Shown here piece by piece: positions 15,195-24,000 of a DNA stretch of 24,000 nt. The translations under genes and the position numbers were made by a program. Source of the DNA: Streptomyces phage Bioscum; the sequence record KY092483.1; one strand, 5' to 3'. The notes under the pieces are model-generated. The model was given only the letters and a program-made list of their open reading frames with translations. It ran no database searches and was not told the DNA's origin. Each line of letters begins with the position of its first letter. The first letter of the stretch is position 1.

Positions 15195-15871
15195 CCCCCG
15201 CCGACGCCGCCGAGCTGCTCACCCTCGCCGCCGCGTTCGACCGCCGCACCGTCGGCGAGGCCGACGCCCGCGCATGGGCCGCCGCCCTGCACTCGATGCC
15301 CCTCGACGACGACGCCCGCGCCGCCGTCGCCCGCCACTACGGCGAGACCGACCGATGGCTGACCCCCGCGCACGTCCGCCAGCAGCGCGCCCGGATCCGC
15401 GCCGAGCGGGTCAACGCCGCGACGATCGTCTACGACGGAATCCCGGGCGAGACCGGCGCCGAGTCCATCGCTCGCCGCCGGGCCCTGATCGCCGCCGTCG
15501 CCGACGGCCGGGTCGCGGGCCCGTCCATGCGGGGCGCCCTCGGGTTCTCCGAGGAACGGCCGATGCTCGCCCTTCCGGCCGCCGCCACCCGCGAGGAGCG
15601 CGACCAGTTCGCCGCCGAACGCCTCGCCGCCCTCGGCGCCTACGTGCCCCCGGACATCGAGGAGGCCCTCGCCGACCACCGGCCCCGCCGCCGCGCCCTC
15701 GCCGAGGAGGACCGGCCCGACCCCCTCGGCGTCCCGTGCCCGTACGAGCACTGCCGCGCCGACGTCCGCGCGGCGTGCAAGCGAGGCGACCGTCGGCGCA
15801 CCGAGCGCGCCCCGCACCCGTCCCGCGTCGAGGCCGCCCTCGCCGCCCGGCACCAGGAGGCCGCCGCGTGA
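15191..15871 (+). CDS. Hypothetical phage protein with C-terminal Cys/His cluster
   Basis: 226 aa; VPCPYEHCRADVRAACKRG suggests a small zinc finger; GTG overlaps previous stop. Confidence 0.75.
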   Translation: MTPADAAELLTLAAAFDRRTVGEADARAWAAALHSMPLDDDARAAVARHYGETDRWLTPAHVRQQRARIRAERVNAATIVYDGIPGETGAESIARRRALIAAVADGRVAGPSMRGALGFSEERPMLALPAAATREERDQFAAERLAALGAYVPPDIEEALADHRPRRRALAEEDRPDPLGVPCPYEHCRADVRAACKRGDRRRTERAPHPSRVEAALAARHQEAAA

Positions 15872-16056
15872 CCGCGACCGCACCGATCCCGGCCGCCGCC
15901 GTCGCCGTCATCCGGGCCGTCATTGAGGATGCGACCGTGCGCGAGCTGCTGCACCGCCCCGGCGTGACCGCTGTACGGGCCGCCAAGGCCCTCGAACGGG
16001 CCGGATGGGACCTGCGGGTGATCCCACCCGCGTTCACCCCGGAGAACGACACCTAG
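15868..16056 (+). CDS. Small hypothetical protein
   Basis: 62 aa, MTATAPIPAAAVAVIRAVIEDATVRELLHRPGVTAVRAAKALERAGWDLRVIPPAFTPENDT. Confidence 0.6.
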   Translation: MTATAPIPAAAVAVIRAVIEDATVRELLHRPGVTAVRAAKALERAGWDLRVIPPAFTPENDT

Positions 16057-16183
16057 CCCCCTCCGCCAGGAGGAGCCGAAGCAGCCCCACATCCGCTATC
16101 TTTCTGTCTCGGCAGATACTTACCTGCTGAGGCAGAACAGCGAGCGCGTGCGCGCTCAGCACGTAGAGCAGGAGGACCGCCCC

Positions 16184-16654
16184 GTGAACACCCCCGAGCG
16201 CTTCGCCGCCAAGGTCGACCCGGCCGGCCCTCTCAGCGTCTACCGAGGCGCCCCCGGCCCCTGCCACCTCTGGACCGGCGCACTCAACGCCAAGGGATAC
16301 GGCCGCTACTGGGACGCTGGCCGCGTCGTCCGCGCCCACCGCTACGCCTACGAGCAGGCCAACGGCCCCATCCCCGCCGGCCTCGAAGTCGACCACCGAT
16401 GCCGCCGCCGCGCGTGCGTCAACCCCGAGCACCTCCTCGCCATGACGCACCGCGAGAACGTGCTCGCCAGCTCGAACCCCGTGGCCCGCTTCGCCGTCGC
16501 GACCGCCTGCCAGGCCGGCCACCCCTACACCCCCGAGAACACCCGCCGGACGCCCGACGGACACCGCGAGTGCCGTACCTGCGCCCGCGACCGTTCCCGC
16601 CGCTCCCGTGAGCGCGCCCGCATTCTCACCACCACCGAAAGGAAGGCCGCCTGA
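16184..16654 (+). CDS. HNH endonuclease
   Basis: [68 protein letters not shown]; AGGAGG RBS. Confidence 0.92.
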   Translation: MNTPERFAAKVDPAGPLSVYRGAPGPCHLWTGALNAKGYGRYWDAGRVVRAHRYAYEQANGPIPAGLEVDHRCRRRACVNPEHLLAMTHRENVLASSNPVARFAVATACQAGHPYTPENTRRTPDGHRECRTCARDRSRRSRERARILTTTERKAA

Positions 16655-17115
16655 TGGCCGGAGAGACCACCATCACCATCACCGGAAACCTCGTCGACGA
16701 CCCCGAACTCAGGCACACCCCCAGCGGACACGCCGTCACCAAGTTCCGCATCGCCTCGACCCCCCGCACCTACGACAAGCAGTCCGGCCAGTGGCAGGAC
16801 GGCGAGTCCCTGTTCATGACCGTGTCCGCGTGGCGCACCCTCGGCGAGAACGTCGCCGCGTCCGTCCAGCGCGGCACCCGCGTCGTCGTCGTCGGCACCC
16901 TCCGCCAGCGCACCTACGAGGACAACCAGGGCGTCAAGCGGACCGTCGTCGAGGTCGAGGCCGAGGAAGTCGCCCCCTCGCTCCGTAACGCCACCGCGCA
17001 GGTCACCAAGACCACCGGCAACCGCCAGGGAGGCAACTCCCAGCAGCAGCAGAGCGGATACGGCCAGCAGCAGCCGCAGTACGACCAGTGGAACACCAAC
17101 GGCCCCGCCTACTGA
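16654..17115 (+). CDS. ssb: Single-stranded DNA-binding protein
   Basis: [106 protein letters not shown]. Confidence 0.95.
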   Translation: MAGETTITITGNLVDDPELRHTPSGHAVTKFRIASTPRTYDKQSGQWQDGESLFMTVSAWRTLGENVAASVQRGTRVVVVGTLRQRTYEDNQGVKRTVVEVEAEEVAPSLRNATAQVTKTTGNRQGGNSQQQQSGYGQQQPQYDQWNTNGPAY

Positions 17116-17219
17116 CCCGCGCCGCCGACCGGTCGCCGCGCCGCCCACGCGCGCGCGTGCACTTCCGCGCCCCGGTCAACACCGACAACCGACTGATGAG
17201 CCGAGACGGAGCCCCGCCC

Positions 17220-17798
17220 ATGGACACGCAGACCCCCGACCCGATCGAGCCCGGACAGACCTACCGGCCGACGCCGTACAACAAGGCCCGTGAGCCCGAG
17301 GACCGCATCACCGTGCGGGACGTCTACACCGGTGAGGGCCGGGACGAGCCGACCGTCGCCTACGACATCGCGTCCACCGACCACCGGGGCCGGCCGGTCA
17401 CCACGAGCAGCGCCATGCGCGAGTCGGTGTTCCGGAAGTGCTACGCCCGCGCCACCCCCGAGGGCCCGATCACGTACGACGCCCCCCTCGACCGTCTCAC
17501 CGCGTCCGTGACCGTCCCGGGCGCCCTGGTCGTCATCCAGCCCGAGGGCAGCGACCCGGACGCGCTCCGCGCCGACGTTCAGACGAAGGGGCTCGACCCC
17601 GCCCGCGTCGCGTGCGCGCTTCGGCACCTTGCCGACCGCCTCGACGCCGAGGCCGCCCAGCAGCGCCCCGCCGGCCCGTTCGGCAACCTGCTCGACTACC
17701 TCGCCGAGGCCATGGCCGACGACATCCTCGCGGCCGGCCGCCGCAACCGCGCCGCGTACGGCCGGGAGCGCGCCGCCGAGCAGCGCACCGACGGGTGA
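17220..17798 (+). CDS. Hypothetical phage protein
   Basis: MDTQTPDPIEPGQTYRPTPYNKAREPEDRITVRDVYTGEGRDEPTVAYDI...; alternative start at 17196. Confidence 0.7.
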   Translation: MDTQTPDPIEPGQTYRPTPYNKAREPEDRITVRDVYTGEGRDEPTVAYDIASTDHRGRPVTTSSAMRESVFRKCYARATPEGPITYDAPLDRLTASVTVPGALVVIQPEGSDPDALRADVQTKGLDPARVACALRHLADRLDAEAAQQRPAGPFGNLLDYLAEAMADDILAAGRRNRAAYGRERAAEQRTDG

Positions 17799-17908
17799 CC
17801 GGAGTCCTGTGTACGGCCGCGTACGTGCTCCTCGTGAGTCTGTGCGCGGCCGTCCCCCTCGGCCACCCCGCCCGCTACCACCGCCGCCCGAAGGACCCGC
17901 GCCGATGA
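17795..17908 (+). CDS. Very small membrane protein
   Basis: 37 aa MTGVLCTAAYVLLVSLCAAVPLGHPARYHRRPKDPRR; start/stop overlaps on both sides. Confidence 0.5.
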   Translation: MTGVLCTAAYVLLVSLCAAVPLGHPARYHRRPKDPRR

Positions 17909-18636
17909 CCCGCCGCACCATGGCCGCCCGCAAGCGGCACGCCGAGACCCGCCTCGCCCGCCGCATCAAGTTCGAGATCCTCCTCGACCGCGCCGACCGC
18001 CTGTCGCCCACCGAGGCGGACGCGCTCCGCGAGTACGCCCTCGCCGAGGCCGCCACGGCGGACCAGCTCCGATCCACCGCGCGCGGGCAGGACCGTACCT
18101 TGCAGCGGATGCGCGACCGCCTCGCCGCCGCCGACGCCGCGATCGTCGAGGCCGAGGAAGACCGCGCCCGCGTCGAGGAGCAGCTCGCCGAAGCCCGGCA
18201 CCGCATCGACCTGTTGCACGCCGTCGACGCCGGCCGCGCCGACGGGGCGCAGCGCATCACGGACGAGCGCGACCGCGCCGAGGCGTTCCTCGCCCGACTG
18301 CACCGAGCCGAGACGCACCGCGACGTCCTCGCGATCCTCGGCGAGCACCGAGGACTTACCCCCGTCGCCGCCCGCACCGCCGCCGCGTTCGCCGCCGCCG
18401 CCGAAACCCAAGATGCCGTCCTCGCCGAGCAGGAGCGCGAGCACGCCGTCGCCCTCGCCACCGAGAAGCAGCGGACCGCCCGCGCCGAGACCCTCCTCGA
18501 CCGCGCCCGCCGCCGCCTCGACGACCTGCTCGTCGCCGCCGGCCGCGCCGCCAACCAGCTCGGGACCGTGGACCCCGCCGACATCGCCGACCGCCTGTAC
18601 GCCGCCATCGAGCAGGCCAAAAAGGACCAGCCGTGA
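17905..18636 (+). CDS. Coiled-coil hypothetical phage protein
   Basis: 243 aa, Ala/Glu/Arg-rich heptad-like composition; tight overlap with both neighbours. Confidence 0.7.
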   Translation: MTRRTMAARKRHAETRLARRIKFEILLDRADRLSPTEADALREYALAEAATADQLRSTARGQDRTLQRMRDRLAAADAAIVEAEEDRARVEEQLAEARHRIDLLHAVDAGRADGAQRITDERDRAEAFLARLHRAETHRDVLAILGEHRGLTPVAARTAAAFAAAAETQDAVLAEQEREHAVALATEKQRTARAETLLDRARRRLDDLLVAAGRAANQLGTVDPADIADRLYAAIEQAKKDQP

Positions 18637-19466
18637 CCATGACCCCGACCACGCTCCCCGAGCACGCCCTCACCACCGCCGCAGACCTGCGCGCCGTCCG
18701 AGAGCAGTGGGGCGACCTGCTCGTCGCCATCGAGCAGCGCCCCGCCGACACGTGGCCGCCCCGTGAGACCCGAGGGTTCCTCGACCAGCTCGGCGACGCC
18801 CACCAGGACGACGAGCAGCACCTCGGCCGCACCCCGCTTACGCTCCGCCAGCACCCCGCGCCGGCCAACCTGACCGCGCTCGACGCCGCCCTCGCCGTCG
18901 AGGCCGCGCTCTTCGCCACGTGCGACGCCCTCGCCGCCCGCTACCAGCAGCCCCCTCGCCGCCGCACGGTCCCGCTCCGGTCGTGGCCGCCGAGGAGCAT
19001 CGAGCGCGAGGACCAGGGCGACCGCGCCGATCCGCGCCGCTGGACGCCGCCCACCCTCGACCCGGCCGGCCGGACGATCGCCGCCGGATCCCGCGCGCAT
19101 GGGCTGCACTGGGCCGCCGTGTGGCTGGAGGGGCGGGCCCTCGGCGAGGACCAGGGCGACGGCCTGTTCTCCCCCCTCGGCGACGACGTCCTCGCCGACC
19201 TCGCCACGGTCGCCCGCCGCGCGCGCCGCCGCGTCGAGGCCGCCCTCGGCCGGGACGGCCGCACGACCGCGCTCCCCGACCCGTGCCCGTGGTGCCGGGG
19301 CGAGCTGCTAGCCCGCACGGTGCCCGGCGGGGAGCCGTCCGCGACGTGCCAGACCGGGGAACAGTGCCCGGCCCCCGCCGCCCTCGACCGGGGCCGGCGC
19401 ACGTGGCGGGGAGCGGACCTCGCCGCACTGTGGACCGCCCTCGACGGCCGCCGCCGGGCCGCGTAG
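18633..19466 (+). CDS. Hypothetical phage protein with Cys pairs
   Basis: 277 aa; DPCPWCRGELLARTVPGGEPSATCQTGEQCPAP possible zinc-binding cluster. Confidence 0.75.
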   Translation: MTMTPTTLPEHALTTAADLRAVREQWGDLLVAIEQRPADTWPPRETRGFLDQLGDAHQDDEQHLGRTPLTLRQHPAPANLTALDAALAVEAALFATCDALAARYQQPPRRRTVPLRSWPPRSIEREDQGDRADPRRWTPPTLDPAGRTIAAGSRAHGLHWAAVWLEGRALGEDQGDGLFSPLGDDVLADLATVARRARRRVEAALGRDGRTTALPDPCPWCRGELLARTVPGGEPSATCQTGEQCPAPAALDRGRRTWRGADLAALWTALDGRRRAA

Positions 19467-19500
19467 CTCAACTCCGCGCCGTTCGAACGCAGTTCCTTGT

Positions 19501-19547
19501 GTAGCCGTTACTGTAGCCACTTGTGTAGTCGCTACAGTAACGGCTAC
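19501..19547. repeat. Perfect 17-bp inverted repeat with overlapping direct repeats
   Basis: GTAGCCGTTACTGTAGC - 13 nt - GCTACAGTAACGGCTAC; direct repeats TTGTGTAGCCGTTAC (19497) and TTGTGTAGTCGCTAC (19521). Confidence 0.9.
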
Positions 19548-19557
19548 TGTCGTTCCC

Positions 19558-19598
19558 GTCGGATGCAACCCGACACCCCGGCCGGATGCAACCCGGCC
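19558..19598 (+). promoter_or_regulatory. Two adjacent hairpins with identical ATGCAAC heptaloops in the leader of the 19624 gene
   Basis: GTCGG-ATGCAAC-CCGAC (19558-19574) and GGCCGG-ATGCAAC-CCGGCC (19580-19598). Confidence 0.6.
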
Positions 19599-19623
19599 CC
19601 CACCACGACCAGGGAGCAACCCC

Positions 19624-20445
19624 ATGGACGTCACCATCCCCGGCGCCCTCGCCGACCACCTCAGCCGCGCCGACCTCACCACCGGCCCCGCCGCCAAGCA
19701 CCCCGCCGCCGCCGATCTGCGCATCGCCCTCGACAACGCCCGTCGCGGCCGGGGTCGCACGCTCGTCATCCCCGCGCACGGCACCGCCGTACTCCACCTG
19801 ATCAGCGCGTTCGCCGAGGCCATCCTCGAAAACCGGAAGCTGCACACCCCCTCCGAAGTACGTGCGTCCCGCCTGTGGATCCAGCGCGCCGGCCACGCCC
19901 CCGCCACCACGTCGACCCCCGCCCCGGCCCCGGCCCCCACCCCGCGCCGCGACGAGCCGTCCAACTGGTGGACCATCACCGACCCCGCCAGCGGCGAGGA
20001 AGTCGTACGCGTCTACGGCGAGACCTACCAGGACATGACCCCGCGCGCCGAGGCCCTGCCCGAGGTCCGCGCCGTCATCCGCAAGCACCGAGGGTTCTCC
20101 CGCCGCCGCCTGTTCATGTCCGAGCTGACCCCCGCGCAGCTCGACGAACAGCGCGCCCAGGAGCAGCCCCCGACCCCCGACCCCACCCCGGCCGTCGAGC
20201 CCGAGAACGCCCAGCACGCCGTCTACCGCGCCCGCGCCGCCAAGCGGCTCCGCGACGCCCTTGTCGGCTCCCCCGCCGCATTCGAACCCGAGACCGTCGA
20301 GGACGTCGAGGCCCGCCGCGCTGCCGAGCTGGTCACCGAGGCCGAGGCGACCGCCGGCACGTGGCGAGGCCAGTGGATCGGCGAACACCCCGACGCCATG
20401 TTCCCCGCCCGACCCGACCGCGAACAGGGCTCCCTGTTCGCCTGA
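19624..20445 (+). CDS. Hypothetical phage protein
   Basis: 273 aa MDVTIPGALADHLSRADLTTGPAAKHPAAADLRIALDNARRGRGRTLVIPAHGTAVLHLISAFAEAIL...; RBS GGGAG. Confidence 0.75.
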   Translation: MDVTIPGALADHLSRADLTTGPAAKHPAAADLRIALDNARRGRGRTLVIPAHGTAVLHLISAFAEAILENRKLHTPSEVRASRLWIQRAGHAPATTSTPAPAPAPTPRRDEPSNWWTITDPASGEEVVRVYGETYQDMTPRAEALPEVRAVIRKHRGFSRRRLFMSELTPAQLDEQRAQEQPPTPDPTPAVEPENAQHAVYRARAAKRLRDALVGSPAAFEPETVEDVEARRAAELVTEAEATAGTWRGQWIGEHPDAMFPARPDREQGSLFA

Positions 20446-20504
20446 CCCTACGAACGACCGGCCCGCCCCACCCGGGGCGGGCCCCTCGACCAGGAGCAGC
20501 AGCC

Positions 20505-22127
<1,623 letters not shown>

Positions 22128-22203
22128 CCCGGAACCACAGCGGGCCCGAACCTGCGATGCAACCGCAGGCCGGGCCCTGACCACGACAGGAGCAACCCCC
22201 GTC

Positions 22204-22518
22204 ATGGCTAGCCGCAAGCGTAGCCCCAACCTCACCGTGCGACTCGACCCCGCCCTCGCCGCCGACCTCGACACCCTCACGAGCACCGGCATCGACCGGT
22301 CCGCCGCCGTCCGCCTCGCCGTCGCGTTCCTCGCGTTCGGGTACCGCGACCTGTGGACCCGGGGCATCTACCCCGAAGGCACCGCGCCCCCGAAGATGCG
22401 TTTCGTGACCCCCCGGCACTACACCCACAAGGCGCCTGACCTGCGCGTAGTGCGCACCAACATGCCGCGCACTACGCCCACCTCCCCGTTCCGCACTACG
22501 AATAGGACCGCGTCATGA
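22204..22518 (+). CDS. Ribbon-helix-helix-like DNA-binding protein
   Basis: MASRKRSPNLTVRLDPALAADLDTLTSTGIDRSAAVRLAVAFLAFGYRDLW. Confidence 0.7.
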   Translation: MASRKRSPNLTVRLDPALAADLDTLTSTGIDRSAAVRLAVAFLAFGYRDLWTRGIYPEGTAPPKMRFVTPRHYTHKAPDLRVVRTNMPRTTPTSPFRTTNRTAS

Positions 22519-22769
22519 CGTACCCCGTCGCCACCCTCGCCCACCTCCAGACCCTTGCCGCCGACCCCGCCGCGCACCGCGCCGTCCTCTACCTCGACGA
22601 CGACAACGACCTCGCCGTCGGAGCCGACATCCACGCCGCGCCCGGCCGAGTGCTGCTCACCGCCGAGCAGCTCGGCGACAACGGCGGCCCCATCGACGAC
22701 GAGACCACCGAGGCCCTCCTCGACGAGATCAACGACGACATCGAGCGCATCCTCGACGAGGACGACTGA
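22515..22769 (+). CDS. Small acidic hypothetical protein
   Basis: 84 aa, MTYPVATLAHLQTLAADPAAHRAVLYLDDDNDLAVGADIHAAPGRVLLTAEQLGDNGGPIDDETTEALLDEINDDIERILDEDD. Confidence 0.65.
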   Translation: MTYPVATLAHLQTLAADPAAHRAVLYLDDDNDLAVGADIHAAPGRVLLTAEQLGDNGGPIDDETTEALLDEINDDIERILDEDD

Positions 22770-22833
22770 CCGGCCGACCGGTCGCGGCCCCGGTCGCGCG
22801 CGCTGGACGCCGTTACCGTTCCGTGATCTAATC

Positions 22834-22870
22834 GGGGGCGTCCCCGGCGTGCCCGGAATCGGACGCCCCC
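22834..22870. terminator. Hairpin, terminator candidate
   Basis: GGGGGCGTCC (22834-22843) / GGACGCCCCC (22861-22870). Confidence 0.45.
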
Positions 22871-22884
22871 ACACCACCACCCCG

Positions 22885-22920
22885 AACGCCCCGCCACTCA
22901 CCCCCCAGTGGCGGGGCGTT
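22885..22920. terminator. Strong terminator hairpin
   Basis: AACGCCCCGCCACT / AGTGGCGGGGCGTT, perfect 14-bp stem, 8-nt loop. Confidence 0.75.
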
Positions 22921-22992
22921 CCGCGTACAACCCTCCGGGCGCCTCGCGAGTCACACACCGTGACCCATCCGTACGTCCAGGGGGATCAACCC

Positions 22993-23391
22993 GTGAACCG
23001 CACCGCCGCCACCGTCGCCGCGACCGCCGCCGCCCTGCTCGCCCTCACCGCGTGCAGCAGCACGGACGCCCCGGCCGACACCAAGCCCAGCGCCACCGCG
23101 ACCGCCACCGCGTCCGTCGACACCCGCCCGGCCGGCATCCCGCCGGAGCCCCAGGGAGCCGAGCGCGAGGCCCTCCTCGGCGCACTGCGCACCATCAACC
23201 CCGCGCTCGTCGACGACCCCGACAAGGCCGTCGACCGCGCCCGCAACCAGTGCTCGGCGATCAACGGCGGCGGGGACAACGTCGACTCCCTCGCGCAGCA
23301 GCGGTTCAGCACCAGCAGCCACGAGGTAACCGCCGTCGAGGCCAAGGCGATCAACGCCACCCTCGGCGCGACGTTCTGCAAGACCGCCTAA
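22993..23391 (+). CDS. Phage-encoded lipoprotein
   Basis: MNRTAATVAATAAALLALTACSSTDAPADTKPSA...: signal peptide with LTAC lipobox; C-terminal region with two Cys (NQCSAIN...ATFCKTA), DUF732-like by eye. Confidence 0.7.
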   Translation: MNRTAATVAATAAALLALTACSSTDAPADTKPSATATATASVDTRPAGIPPEPQGAEREALLGALRTINPALVDDPDKAVDRARNQCSAINGGGDNVDSLAQQRFSTSSHEVTAVEAKAINATLGATFCKTA

Positions 23392-23468
23392 CGCCCGACC
23401 TCGACGGCCCGGCCCCGCACCAGGGCGCCGGGCCGTCGCCATGTCCGCCCTCGGCGAGGAGGTGAGCC

Positions 23469-23981
23469 GTGGCCGCCCGACCCATCACCGACACAGACCG
23501 GGAGCAGGTCAAGGCCCTCCACGCCGAGGGCATGTCCCGCAACGACATCGCCCGCCGAATGAAGCGCAGCCCCTCGACCGTGTCCAAGCTCGCCGCCGAG
23601 CAGGGGCTCACGTTCGAGCGCGGCCCCGAGGTCATCGCCGCCACCGAGGCCCGCCGCATCGACCTCGCCGCCCGCCGCCAGGCCCTCGCCGAGCAGCTCC
23701 ACCAGGACGCCGAGCAGCTCCGGGCGCAGCTCTGGGAGCCGTGCACGATCGGCGAGTTCGCCGGCCGCGAGGGCGATTGGCAGACCGCCGACCTACCCCG
23801 CCCCCGGTTCGCCGATCAGCGACAGATCATGGGTGCCACCGCCACCGCGATCCAGCAGTCACTACGCCTACAGCCCGCCGACGGCGGCGCCGACGCCGGA
23901 GACGTCCGCTCGATGCTCGGCAGCCTCGGAGAGGCCCTCACAGGGGCTTTCGCAGACGACCCGGGCGAGGACGGCGGATAG
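23469..23981 (+). CDS. HTH protein, possibly phage terminase small subunit-like
   Basis: TDREQVKALHAEGMSRNDIARRMKRSPSTVSKLAAEQGLTFERGPEVIAATEARRIDLAARRQALAEQLHQDAEQLRAQLWEP...; 170 aa at the window end. Confidence 0.5.
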   Translation: MAARPITDTDREQVKALHAEGMSRNDIARRMKRSPSTVSKLAAEQGLTFERGPEVIAATEARRIDLAARRQALAEQLHQDAEQLRAQLWEPCTIGEFAGREGDWQTADLPRPRFADQRQIMGATATAIQQSLRLQPADGGADAGDVRSMLGSLGEALTGAFADDPGEDGG

Positions 23982-24000
23982 CCCGTCGAGGGGGTGAGCA

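Noticed and set aside
17109-19109. 666-aa minus-strand ORF
   Set aside because: Antisense to tightly overlapping plus-strand phage genes; low-complexity composition; high-GC artefact.
19463-19492. TAGCTCA and GTTCGAA motifs suggesting a tRNA
   Set aside because: The motifs are too close together for D and T arms and no acceptor or anticodon pairing exists.

Overview
The window reads as the middle of a temperate Streptomyces-type siphovirus genome (very high GC, tightly overlapping ORFs). From left to right: end of the tail module (<1-2259); lysis cassette with PGRP/amidase endolysin, holin-like protein and small TM protein (2329-3797); a structured non-coding stretch ending in a perfect terminator (3798-4040); a minus-strand accessory block (4056-6221) with a stand-alone protein-L-isoaspartate-methyltransferase-like enzyme, a 47-aa Gly/Ser/Asp peptide immediately upstream and a tRNA-like element; an XRE/DUF5753 + DUF397 pair; a large serine recombinase with an adjacent 50-bp attP-like inverted repeat; an immunity region (HTH repressor, palindromic operators, Cro-like HTH); an early region (ERF-type annealase, WhiB-like protein, replication-initiator-like protein, HNH, SSB, ribbon-helix-helix protein, several unknowns); and, after strong hairpins, a lipoprotein and a possible small-terminase-like HTH protein. 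The most interesting signals are: (1) two type I-E CRISPR-repeat-like hairpins, 61 nt stem-to-stem with a 32-nt spacer-sized interval, at 3917-4005, with no cas genes in the window; (2) the peptide + PIMT pair, resembling a minimal aspartimide RiPP (imiditide-like) locus; (3) four hairpins with a conserved ATGC(A/G)AC heptaloop upstream of early genes; (4) iteron/palindrome elements that could be replication or control sites. All family calls are by eye from translated sequence; no searches were run.
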